Source of the DNA: a virus
Taxonomy: Duplodnaviria; Caudoviricetes
Strand: one strand, 5' to 3'
Length of the DNA: 57,283 bases
Virus record (IMG/VR): IMGVR_UViG_3300034196_000024
Location: 1-57,283 of that record
The position numbers were made by a program, and so were the translations under genes. This document shows positions 48,681-57,149 of this stretch, in pieces (position 1 is the stretch's first letter; every line of letters begins with the position of its first letter). The notes below the pieces were generated by a model. It searched no databases, was not told the DNA's origin, and saw only the letters and a program-made list of their open reading frames with translations.

Positions 48681-49472
48681 ATGGCTACTGCCAGAACCGT
48701 TGACTTCACCTCCGTCCAGGATGGTGGTGGGTTCAACAAGCACCGAGTGCCCGAGGGCGACTACCTCGCCACGATCGTGAAGTGCGAGGACGCCAAGTCC
48801 AAGTCGGACGACGTCTTCCAGTACCTCTTCACGATCAAGCTCAACAAGCACACCGGGTACGCCTACCCGTACTACTGCAAGCTCCAGGAGAACCAGCTCT
48901 GGAAGCTGCGCAACCTCGCCATCGCCGCCGGCCTCAACGTCCCGAAGAAGCGGATCAAGTTCGATCCCTCCAAGGTCATCGGGAAGACCATCGGGGTCAC
49001 GATGGAGGACGACGAGTACGAGGGCAAGCTGCAGTCCAACATCGCCGCGCTCTTCCCCTCGGCCGAGCTGATGGACGGCAACGTCGCGACGCCGGCTGAC
49101 GACGACGAGGACATCGCCGACGACGAGCCGGACGAGGACATCGAGGACGACGTCGAGGAGGACGAGGACGAGGACACGACCGACGAGTTCGACGCGATGG
49201 ACCGCGCCCAGCTCAAGGCCGCGCTGAAGGCCCAGGACGCCAGCTTCGTCGCCAAGAAGTCCCAGACCGACGACGACCTCCGCGACCTGCTCCGCGAGTC
49301 CGGTGACGAGGAGGAGGAGGACGAGGAGGACGAGCCCGAGCCGACGCCTCCCCCCCGTCGCGCCAAGGCTGCAACCAAGGCCCCCGTCAAGGCCGCGGCC
49401 AAGAAGCCGGCACGCAAGGCTGCTGAGGTCACGGACGAGGAGCTCGAGGAGCTGGACATCGACGACATCTGA
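48681..49472 (+). CDS. Probable ssDNA-binding protein with long acidic tail
   Basis: VPEGDYLATIVK...LWKL...IGKTIGV; follows Sak4-like gene. Confidence 0.7.
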   Translation: MATARTVDFTSVQDGGGFNKHRVPEGDYLATIVKCEDAKSKSDDVFQYLFTIKLNKHTGYAYPYYCKLQENQLWKLRNLAIAAGLNVPKKRIKFDPSKVIGKTIGVTMEDDEYEGKLQSNIAALFPSAELMDGNVATPADDDEDIADDEPDEDIEDDVEEDEDEDTTDEFDAMDRAQLKAALKAQDASFVAKKSQTDDDLRDLLRESGDEEEEDEEDEPEPTPPPRRAKAATKAPVKAAAKKPARKAAEVTDEELEELDIDDI

Positions 49473-49504
49473 GGTCACTCGACCCCAGTAGTCATCATTT
49501 CCAC

Positions 49505-49539
49505 ACCGGCCCTGCCTGATCATTGGGTGGGGCCGGTGC
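49505..49539 (+). terminator. Hairpin terminator
   Basis: CACCGGCCCTGCC / GGTGGGGCCGGTG. Confidence 0.6.
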
Positions 49540-49562
49540 CTCGTGTAGAGAGAATGTGGGAG

Positions 49563-49663
49563 TTGACAGGAATAGTACCTAGCGATTAGCATTACCTAGG
49601 TACGCTAATCAGAAGGGGCGTATCTCAGGGCCTTCCTGGTTCGAACCCTGAGATACGCCCCTT
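49563..49663 (+). promoter_or_regulatory. Promoter with palindromic operator and 18 bp leader hairpin
   Basis: TTGACA-N18-TAGCAT; GATTAGC/GCTAATC; AAGGGGCGTATCTCAGGG/CCCTGAGATACGCCCCTT. Confidence 0.7.
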
Positions 49664-49682
49664 TAGTGGCTGGAGGGTAATC

Positions 49683-50003
49683 ATGGCTCAGGCTGAAGCG
49701 AAGCTTAGCCGCAAGATCATGGATGAACTGAGACGGAGTGGATACTTTTGCTTCAAGGTACATGGAAGCGAGTACATGATGGCTGGCCTACCGGATATCA
49801 TAGTCTGCGCCGATGGCTTGTTCATTGGGCTGGAGACGAAGATGCCGGCGAAACGGGAGAACACCTCCTCAAGGCAGGAGTACGTGCATGGGCTCATTCG
49901 GCAGGCGAATGGGATTGCCGAGGTTGTCTGCTCCCCGACCGAAGCCCTAGTGGTGGTGCATCGCACGCTCAAGCAGCACAAGTCGGGGGGAAAGCCAGAG
50001 TGA
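49683..50003 (+). CDS. VRR-NUC nuclease/resolvase
   Basis: E......, GLPDII, FIGLETK, SRQ. Confidence 0.88.
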   Translation: MAQAEAKLSRKIMDELRRSGYFCFKVHGSEYMMAGLPDIIVCADGLFIGLETKMPAKRENTSSRQEYVHGLIRQANGIAEVVCSPTEALVVVHRTLKQHKSGGKPE

Positions 50004-50323
50004 GCTTCCAACTACCACTCCCAGAATCAGGGCGAGAGTGGGCTGAAGGGCTGGATGACACGACCCTCCGGAGTATCAATCGGGACTACATCAAAGGCGA
50101 TCACAGTCCCGAAGCGATCGATGCTCACGACGAGTACCTCAGGCGTCGAGCCGCAGGAACGCTGACCAAGAAGCGCAAGTCTCTGCGCCCCAGTAGCTGG
50201 GCATTCCCCTATCGCTGCCCCAAGCATCAAACAGCGCGCTACACGGGGAACTGCAAGGAATGCCGCGAGCTGAACCGTGATCCTGGAGTAGTCCCTAATC
50301 GCCCTGACCCCCCGCAAGGGTGA
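50000..50323 (+). CDS. Hypothetical Cys/His protein
   Basis: GTGA overlap; CPKH...CKEC. Confidence 0.55.
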   Translation: MSFQLPLPESGREWAEGLDDTTLRSINRDYIKGDHSPEAIDAHDEYLRRRAAGTLTKKRKSLRPSSWAFPYRCPKHQTARYTGNCKECRELNRDPGVVPNRPDPPQG

Positions 50324-50420
50324 TTGATCGGCCGCCCCCCATTGCGGCGATTAGGAACTGCTTTAGGAAGGCCCTACGCGTCATCGGGATGACTCGATGC
50401 GCGATGATTGCGCGAGGGGC
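50322..50420 (-). repeat. Dispersed intergenic element, copy 4 (inverted)
   Basis: Minus strand reads ATCATCGCGCATCGAGTCATCCCGATGA...GCCTTCCTAAAGCAGTTCCTAATCGC. Confidence 0.55.
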
Positions 50421-50806
50421 ATACCGACACCAAAGGGCCCTGCTTCCCAGATGAGAGGCAGGGCCAGTTGGTGTGGAGAGGGTTACTCCCGAACGTGTTC
50501 CTCGGCGCGCTTGTCCCGGGCCGACTTGGTGGCGTAGGTCTTGCCGTTGATGTTGCACGGGGTGCAGCTGAAGCAGTAGACGGTAACCCTCACCCCGTCG
50601 ACCTTGGCATCAGTTGCGTACTTCCGGATGAAGTGCTTGTTCAGCGCCGAGGGCGAGTGCATCAGTCACTCACCGCAGCCCGAAGATCGACCAGTTCGTC
50701 GTCGGTCAAGAGCAGGGAGTAGGTCTCTCCCTCGGGTCCTCTGATGGTCAGCATCCAGGGCTTGCCGTTGGGGTTGACCTGGTGCAGGAGAGCGAACTGC
50801 ATGGCG

Positions 50807-51499
50807 TCAGCCGTCCAGCTCGTCGTCGTCCAGCTCGTCGTCGATCTCGAGCTCCTCGTCGTCGGGCTCCATGTCGTCGAGGTCGAGCTCCTCGTCGTCT
50901 TCGACGATCGCGGTGGCGGGCACCTCGCGGCGGCGGCCGGCGGCCGGCTTGTCGGAGGCGGCCTTGGGGGTGCGGGTTCGAGCCGTCGACTGGTACTTCT
51001 CGAACTCGGCCTTGATCTGGGGGAGGTCGGACTTGGCGAACTCGTAGCGCCCGCCCTGACCGCAGGCCTCGACCGTCGAGGAGGCCGAGCGGAAGAACTT
51101 CCGCAGCGTCTTCGCGTCGGTGCCGATGCGGGTGGCGATCTGCTTGGCCGTGTAGGTCTCGCCGTTGGGCTCGATCTTGTCGACCGGGTCGCCCTTGGTC
51201 GGCTTGGTGCCCTTGGGAGCGGTGTTGACCTTCTTCGTCGCGACCGGCTCGGGCACCTCGTCGTCGTCGAGCTCGTCGTCCTCTTCGTCGTCGTCGGGCT
51301 CCGAGTCGACGATGGGGTTGTCGTCCTCTTCCTCGTCCTCGTCGTCGACCTCGTCGTAGTACTCGGTGATCATCTCGATGAGCTGCGCCTTGCGGAGACC
51401 CTTGATGTCGTCGGCGTCGAAGAGCTCACCGGCGATGGACCTCAGCTTGGGCAGCGTCATCGCGCTGATCTCGTCAGCCGTGGGTGTTGCCTTGGTCAT
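50807..51499 (-). CDS. Rho-N/HeH-like plus HTH protein with acidic tracts
   Basis: MTLPKLRSIA...KGLRKAQLIEMI; TAKQIATRIGTDAKTLRKFFR...GGRYEF; promoter TTGACA(51575)-N18-TAGCAT. Confidence 0.75.
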   Translation of the reverse strand: MTKATPTADEISAMTLPKLRSIAGELFDADDIKGLRKAQLIEMITEYYDEVDDEDEEEDDNPIVDSEPDDDEEDDELDDDEVPEPVATKKVNTAPKGTKPTKGDPVDKIEPNGETYTAKQIATRIGTDAKTLRKFFRSASSTVEACGQGGRYEFAKSDLPQIKAEFEKYQSTARTRTPKAASDKPAAGRRREVPATAIVEDDEELDLDDMEPDDEELEIDDELDDDELDG

Positions 51500-51606
51500 G
51501 ACTTCCTCCCTGGTTCGGGTGCCCTCGATTGGGGGCGATGGTGAAATGCTATGCCCCTTTGCCAGCCGGTGTCAAGGCAGGGAAGGGGGCACTTGATCGA
51601 CAATCC

Positions 51607-51963
51607 TCAAGCGGTTTTGGGAGCATAGGCCGGCCGCCGCGAAGCTCGACCCCATCGGTAGGCGAAGGACAGGTGCTTGACTAGGACATACTGGCGAAAC
51701 TCCATGTCACGAACCGGATCCACACCAGAGGCCTTGACCATCTCGTCGTAGACCGGTTGCGGACCTTCTATGTGGAGACGAGTCAGCACCTGAGAGGCGA
51801 GCGCCCGATCGATGGGCCGGGTGTTGTGCCCCATCGCTTCAGCGCGGGCGAGGATGCGCGAGGACTTGATCCTCATCCGGGGAAGTGAGATCGCGTAGTC
51901 GGGGTAGTCGCGCTCTCGGCGAGCGATCTCGGATGGGATGACTTCGTTGTCGTAGCTATCCAT
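51607..51963 (-). CDS. Hypothetical protein
   Basis: GGAGG RBS; MDSYDNEV... Confidence 0.6.
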   Translation of the reverse strand: MDSYDNEVIPSEIARRERDYPDYAISLPRMRIKSSRILARAEAMGHNTRPIDRALASQVLTRLHIEGPQPVYDEMVKASGVDPVRDMEFRQYVLVKHLSFAYRWGRASRRPAYAPKTA

Positions 51964-52156
51964 TGGATCCTCCAGGGCACTCGGCGTCGATGGTCTCCAG
52001 GTTGAGGGGGGCAGAACAGAGCCAGCACCCATGACCGGCATCGTCGCCGGCAATCTCGATGGCCATCTCAGTGGCGTAGGTGTCGATCTTCCCCGCCACT
52101 ACTTGGGCTTCAATAGGGACCATGGTGATGGTCACCCAACTGTGCTTAGGCATCAA
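51956..52156 (-). CDS. Small CxxC protein
   Basis: HSW...GCWLC...ECPG. Confidence 0.55.
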   Translation of the reverse strand: MMPKHSWVTITMVPIEAQVVAGKIDTYATEMAIEIAGDDAGHGCWLCSAPLNLETIDAECPGGSNG

Positions 52157-52707
52157 GCACCTCTCAGGACAACGATGCGTTCGGAAGCTCCGCAGATGCA
52201 GCAGCGCTTGATGGTGGGGTCGAGTGGCATCCCACCCAGCTTCCTGTTAGACAGGGCGTGGTGTGAGACGAAGTAGTTGAAGACCGTAGGTCGCCGGCAG
52301 TAAGGGCACCAGAAGTGTTCCTGGAACTCATCTGCAGGCATCCGGGGCTTCCAGTCCACGATGCGCGTGAGCTGCTTCTTCTGCCCCGCCGCGTCGAGGA
52401 CGAACTTCCCCGCCTTCGTGGTCTGGTACTTCCCCTTGATCTTCACCACTCGGTGTGGAGGACGAGCGGGGACTGCCTTCGAGTTGATCGCTGCATCGGC
52501 GACTCGGGGCATGAGGGACTTCAGCTTGAGGAAGGCCTCCTTGTACGTATGGAAGTCCCGGGTGCGCCAGCGATCTTCGCCTTTGTACCGAACGAACAGG
52601 CGATAGGGCTTGGCTTCCGGGACCTTCATGTGGGGTGGCAGGGCGGGTACCTTGCAGAAGAACTCCTTGTATCGCGAGTCCTCAAGCAAGTCGTGGATAG
52701 ACAGCAT
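52153..52707 (-). CDS. Zinc-ribbon hypothetical protein
   Basis: WCPYCRRP...CCIC. Confidence 0.65.
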   Translation of the reverse strand: MLSIHDLLEDSRYKEFFCKVPALPPHMKVPEAKPYRLFVRYKGEDRWRTRDFHTYKEAFLKLKSLMPRVADAAINSKAVPARPPHRVVKIKGKYQTTKAGKFVLDAAGQKKQLTRIVDWKPRMPADEFQEHFWCPYCRRPTVFNYFVSHHALSNRKLGGMPLDPTIKRCCICGASERIVVLRGA

Positions 52708-52744
52708 CAGAGCCTTTCGTCAGGTCGTGCGAGTTGACTTAGTC

Positions 52745-52856
52745 ATACTATGTTATCCGCGTCTGATTGTCAAGGCGGTCATTCTGCGTGAGAACGAACA
52801 TACTCCCTGGTCGGGAATGACAGTACCTTGACATGGGGCGCGATTACGCATAGCAT
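52745..52856. promoter_or_regulatory. Divergent promoter pair
   Basis: Minus TTGACA(52773)-N17-TAGTAT; plus TTGACA(52828)-N17-TAGCAT. Confidence 0.75.
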
Positions 52857-52916
52857 TTCGTCATATCACGACCGGCCGCACGAAACGAAAGACGAAACAA
52901 ACCCCCGGAGGCGATC

Positions 52917-53141
52917 ATGCCCGACAAGTTTCCCCCTGTTGACACAGAGCAGTTCGAACTCGGCCGTAAGCAGGGCCGACTGGAAGGCTTCCAGGAGGTG
53001 CTGAGCCTGCTCGAGACCAAGTACATGAGCGATGACATCGAGCCGAAGACCCCGGAAGCTGAGGCGATCCTCACCCTGGTTTCGGAGGTTGGCAAGGCGC
53101 TCGCGACCTCCATCATCCAGGGAGCACAGACACTCGAATGA
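52917..53141 (+). CDS. Hypothetical protein
   Basis: GGAGG RBS, 74 aa. Confidence 0.6.
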   Translation: MPDKFPPVDTEQFELGRKQGRLEGFQEVLSLLETKYMSDDIEPKTPEAEAILTLVSEVGKALATSIIQGAQTLE

Positions 53142-53545
53142 AGCGGCGCTCGATTGTACTGCCCGTGCATGAGGGGGACCCTATCCCCTCGTCTAGCGAG
53201 GTGTTCGATCGGCCCTTCCCACTGTACCATTGGTCTCCTAGCAGTCGTCGTAAGGGGATCATGAGGTATGGGTTGAGGCCCGGGCACTTCTCAACCGATC
53301 GACTCTGGCGACCTCCAGTGATCTGCTACGCCGATGACCCTGCCACGGCATGGCAGTTGTCTGCGGGTACAGGGAGGGGTCAGGCCATCGACGAATGGGA
53401 CCTCTGGATGATCTGGTCTGACACCCCCTCAGGGCTGGAGATCATTCCATACGACAATGGAGTGCCGAAGGAATACCGGGTGTACGAACGCATCTACAAG
53501 AAGGATGTCTGGTTCGTGGGATCAAGGAGACAGAACAATGGATAA
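53138..53545 (+). CDS. Putative ADP-ribosyltransferase-fold protein
   Basis: LYHWS...I...GLRP; VICYADD...A; KEYRV. Confidence 0.5.
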   Translation: MKRRSIVLPVHEGDPIPSSSEVFDRPFPLYHWSPSSRRKGIMRYGLRPGHFSTDRLWRPPVICYADDPATAWQLSAGTGRGQAIDEWDLWMIWSDTPSGLEIIPYDNGVPKEYRVYERIYKKDVWFVGSRRQNNG

Positions 53546-53843
53546 CTCGGTGAGGTATGTGAAACTTACCCTGATCCTCGAGCAGGATGGGGTAACCAGA
53601 ACCCTGGATGTGCCTCGAGGAACTCATTTTGAGTTCCATGAGGTTTGGGATGAGGAGGATGAGATGCGGTGGCCAACCGATGACTCTCCTCTGCTGTTGC
53701 GCTCCCCAACCCTCCAGTCAATCAACTTCAGCATTCGTCCCGAGAAGGTTGAACCGCAGGGCCGGTACTACACCGTCACTCACACTCCCGCTCCCGAGCC
53801 CGAGAGCCCCGCGAAGCTGAGGATCGTGCCCAATGAATCGTAG
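53538..53843 (+). CDS. Hypothetical protein
   Basis: AAGGAG RBS. Confidence 0.55.
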   Translation: MDNSVRYVKLTLILEQDGVTRTLDVPRGTHFEFHEVWDEEDEMRWPTDDSPLLLRSPTLQSINFSIRPEKVEPQGRYYTVTHTPAPEPESPAKLRIVPNES

Positions 53844-55908
53844 GGATATCGAACGCAACCTGCGGATCATCAGCAAGGCCTGGGGGAAGAAGCAATCGGG
53901 GTACGCGTTCTTCCCCTACATCGACCGTGAAGCCCAGAAGGCGAGTGGCTCTCGCAAGGCTGGGTTCCACGAAGGGCCCGCGTTCAAGTGGCCGGCCGAT
54001 CGGGAAGCGATCATCACGCACTGCCTCTCCCACACCAGGGAGGATCTCTACTGGTCGTGCAACCTGTTCGAGTACCCCATCCGCCGCGAAGATGCAGCGA
54101 TGGATGAGCATGCGCTCTGGGCTGACCTGGATAAGGTCGACCCCAGCACGCTCGACGAGTACCCCCCGACGATCGCATGGGAGACATCCCCCGGGTCCTA
54201 TCAGGCTCTCTGGATCGCCGCATCGGGTGACTTCCAGGGTGCGAGCTGGGCGGGTAATGAGAACCAGCGGATGACCTACATGACCGGGGCTGACACCGGC
54301 GGGTGGTTCGCGACGAAGCTGCTGCGATTCCCCGAGTGGGACAACCACAAGCCTGAGTATGAGGAGAATGGGAAGTTCCCCAAGGGTCAGGTGCTCTGGA
54401 CCGATGGCCCCACCTATCACCCAGGTGACTTCGCCTCACTGCCCGAGATTCAAGGGGTCAGCGGGTCCCTAACTGACGCGCTTGAGACTGACATCGAGAA
54501 CGTCGACCGCCATGCGGTTCTCGCCCGGGTCAAGCTGAAGCTCAATCGCAAAGCTCGCGAGTTGCTCGCTGCCCGTGAGGTATCGGGTGACCGCAGCGAC
54601 AGCCTCTGGTACCTGATTCGTTGCCTAGCCGATGCCGGTTGCTCCGTCGCCGAGATCGTCGCCATCGTTCGCGAGTCGGTGTGGAACAAGTTCAAAGACC
54701 GCGGCGATGAGGTTAAGCGCCTTATGCTCGAGGCCTCCAAGGCCATCGCACAACGCAGCGAAGAGACGGTCAAGGCTGCGGAGTTCGAAGAGGAAGAGAT
54801 CGAACGCTCTGCACCTCAACGCCTCGGTTTCTTGCTCGCCAACATCAAGCGGCCGCGGTATGTCATCGACAAGATCTTGACTGAGGGCTCATGTGGGTTC
54901 ATCGCCGGCGAGCCGAAGTGCTACAAGTCTTGGGTTGGCCTGGACATGATCCTCTCGGTTGCTACGGGAGCACCATTCATGGGTGAGTTCCGGGTCACGA
55001 ACCCGGGCCCCGTGCTCTACATCCAGGAAGAGGACCCGCCATCGATCATCAAGCAGCGGTCCGCCAAGATCTGGAGCGGGAAGTCAACCGACAAGTTCGA
55101 GCTCCAGCCCGACAGCAACGAGATTCTATGGTTGCCCCCTGAGCGATCGCCAGAGTTCGACCCAGACATCAATGCCTACATCCAGAAGGGGGTGATCATC
55201 TCCGACGAGGCCTGGCAGCTTTGGCTGGATGACACGATCGCTGCCGGCATGGATGGGGAGGCATACCGCATGATCTTGGTCGACACGCTGATGATGACCG
55301 CTGGTGATGTCGAAGAGACCAGGGCTCAGGAGATGACCACCAAGATCTTCAAGCCGCTCAAGACTCTTGCCCGTAAGCACAACATCGCGGTGGTCGTGAT
55401 CCACCACATGGGCAAGGCGGATAAGCCCCGGTCAGGACAGCGCATGCTGGGGTCAGTAGCCAACCACGCCTGGTCTGAAGACTCTATCTACCTCAGCCGC
55501 TCAGGTGCGGAGAACATCAAGATGGAGGTAGAGTCTAAGACTGCCCCGGGTGGCACATACCGCATCGACAATCTCGCCAACACACGCTGGGAGCCGCACA
55601 TCGGCCCCTGGCGCCCGGAAGATGCTCCGGTCACGCCTCCACACCAGCAGCGACAGCCGGGGGCACGGTCACGAAGGCCCGCTACGCCGGGCAAGGCCGA
55701 TGTCAGCCAGGCCAAGCTCATTGAAGTCGTCAAAATGGCTGGCACGGCGGGGATCACTACAGCACAAGTGGCCGAGGCCCTCTCCATCAATCGCTCTACT
55801 GCGCACAAGCGGCTGGTCCGACAGCTGGAGTATGGAACAGTCGATCGCCAGCAGACGCCCGACGGTAGTAATGCTTGGGCAATCACCGAAGCAGAAGTTC
55901 AGGCCTGA
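53833..55908 (+). CDS. Primase-helicase (RepB-like primase, AAA_25/RecA-like ATPase, C-terminal HTH)
   Basis: LWADLD, ETSPGSYQALW, LLRFP..NHK; GEPKCYKS, ILVDTL, VIHH.GK, LGS. Confidence 0.88.
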   Translation: MNRRDIERNLRIISKAWGKKQSGYAFFPYIDREAQKASGSRKAGFHEGPAFKWPADREAIITHCLSHTREDLYWSCNLFEYPIRREDAAMDEHALWADLDKVDPSTLDEYPPTIAWETSPGSYQALWIAASGDFQGASWAGNENQRMTYMTGADTGGWFATKLLRFPEWDNHKPEYEENGKFPKGQVLWTDGPTYHPGDFASLPEIQGVSGSLTDALETDIENVDRHAVLARVKLKLNRKARELLAAREVSGDRSDSLWYLIRCLADAGCSVAEIVAIVRESVWNKFKDRGDEVKRLMLEASKAIAQRSEETVKAAEFEEEEIERSAPQRLGFLLANIKRPRYVIDKILTEGSCGFIAGEPKCYKSWVGLDMILSVATGAPFMGEFRVTNPGPVLYIQEEDPPSIIKQRSAKIWSGKSTDKFELQPDSNEILWLPPERSPEFDPDINAYIQKGVIISDEAWQLWLDDTIAAGMDGEAYRMILVDTLMMTAGDVEETRAQEMTTKIFKPLKTLARKHNIAVVVIHHMGKADKPRSGQRMLGSVANHAWSEDSIYLSRSGAENIKMEVESKTAPGGTYRIDNLANTRWEPHIGPWRPEDAPVTPPHQQRQPGARSRRPATPGKADVSQAKLIEVVKMAGTAGITTAQVAEALSINRSTAHKRLVRQLEYGTVDRQQTPDGSNAWAITEAEVQA

Positions 55909-56086
55909 TGGCTCATCTAGAGGCCGCTGACTCGCGCGGATGCGGGTGCGTGAAGTCGATCATGCTCATATCCTTTAGGATAATGAGCGATGATCTCCAC
56001 AATAAGGACGAACACCCCGTTAGAGGAGAACGAACATACTTGACGAAAGACGCAACGCCCCATCATTATCGTGATAGAGTTACGAT

Positions 56087-56542
56087 ATGAAAAGGTACAG
56101 GATCACACTCGATGTACTGACTGATGTTCCGGAGAAACAGCTGGAGAAGGCCATCCGAGGGCTGCAGAAGTCAGGCAAGGTTCAGGTCAAGTTCTACAGC
56201 TCAGAGCTGAGGCATGATCCTGGTCGACCTGCGGGGCAGCGGGAGAAGATCTTCGCTCTGCTTGCTAAGGCAAAGGCCCCGATGAGCATCCGCAAGATCA
56301 ACCGTAAGACTCAAGTGCCGAGCATCACAGTCTGGCGCAATGTCAAACGAGGGGTGGAACGGGGTGATGTTATTGAGGAGTACAGCGACCAGTGGCATTG
56401 CATGATGTACTCCCTCTCACCCGAGTTCGTTGCAGCACAGGCCGTCCCGCTTGGCTTCGCCAGCGGTACCGCCACAACAACAATACAGGGGAAAGATGGG
56501 GATGTAGACGTGGACGTGGAAGAAGGTAGGGAGAATGGCTGA
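56087..56542 (+). CDS. HTH-containing protein
   Basis: REKIFALL....PMSIRKI.......TVWRNV; TAGAGT 6 nt before ATG. Confidence 0.6.
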   Translation: MKRYRITLDVLTDVPEKQLEKAIRGLQKSGKVQVKFYSSELRHDPGRPAGQREKIFALLAKAKAPMSIRKINRKTQVPSITVWRNVKRGVERGDVIEEYSDQWHCMMYSLSPEFVAAQAVPLGFASGTATTTIQGKDGDVDVDVEEGRENG

Positions 56543-57149
56543 GAACGCTAGGGCTTCACAGAAGGCTGGGGCTGGACGAGACGAGGGGAAGGGCGATGGA
56601 AGCACTGGAGTTCGTGGCCAAAGTACTGGCGGTCTGGGAAAGTCTCTCGCCCAGCTACAGGCAGAGAATATTGCGCAGAGGCTATACGCGGACTTTCTGG
56701 CTAGCGCCGGAGTCTCTCACACACGTCTCTCTCAGGAAGTACTCTTCTTCCTACCTCGTCCGTTCATCGATGCTTATTCCGAGGTCTTCTACGCCGCCTT
56801 CGCCGGTAAGGATGACGGCGGGGTCAACGCTCGGGGACAGTCGCAAGCTGAGCAGGGACAACTCCAGAAGGGGAAGACTGCTGCTCGCACGAACGGGAAG
56901 AAGTTCAAGAGGCACTGGGTCATCGCTGACGAGGCTGCTGTTGAGCTGAAGGATCGCATCGACAAGAGGCTCCGCGCGCTGGCTCGGGAGATGAGGGAGG
57001 AGATTGGAGATGGCTCGGGTACTGACGAAGATCGGGGAGGGAGAATGGCCCTGGCTGGGAAGCAGTGCTCACAGTGCGGACGGATTCAAGGAGAGGGCTG
57101 GAAGTTCTGCCCGAATGATGGGACAAGCAACTCGACAGGTGAGGGGTGA
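56535..57149 (+). CDS. Hypothetical protein with C-terminal zinc ribbon
   Basis: CSQCG......KFCPNDG. Confidence 0.65.
   Translation: MAENARASQKAGAGRDEGKGDGSTGVRGQSTGGLGKSLAQLQAENIAQRLYADFLASAGVSHTRLSQEVLFFLPRPFIDAYSEVFYAAFAGKDDGGVNARGQSQAEQGQLQKGKTAARTNGKKFKRHWVIADEAAVELKDRIDKRLRALAREMREEIGDGSGTDEDRGGRMALAGKQCSQCGRIQGEGWKFCPNDGTSNSTGEG

Noticed and set aside
48357-49592. Long antisense ORFs (also 17401-18399, 46586-47545, 50744-51544 and others)
   Set aside because: Shadow frames of high-GC3 genes on the opposite strand, with no motifs
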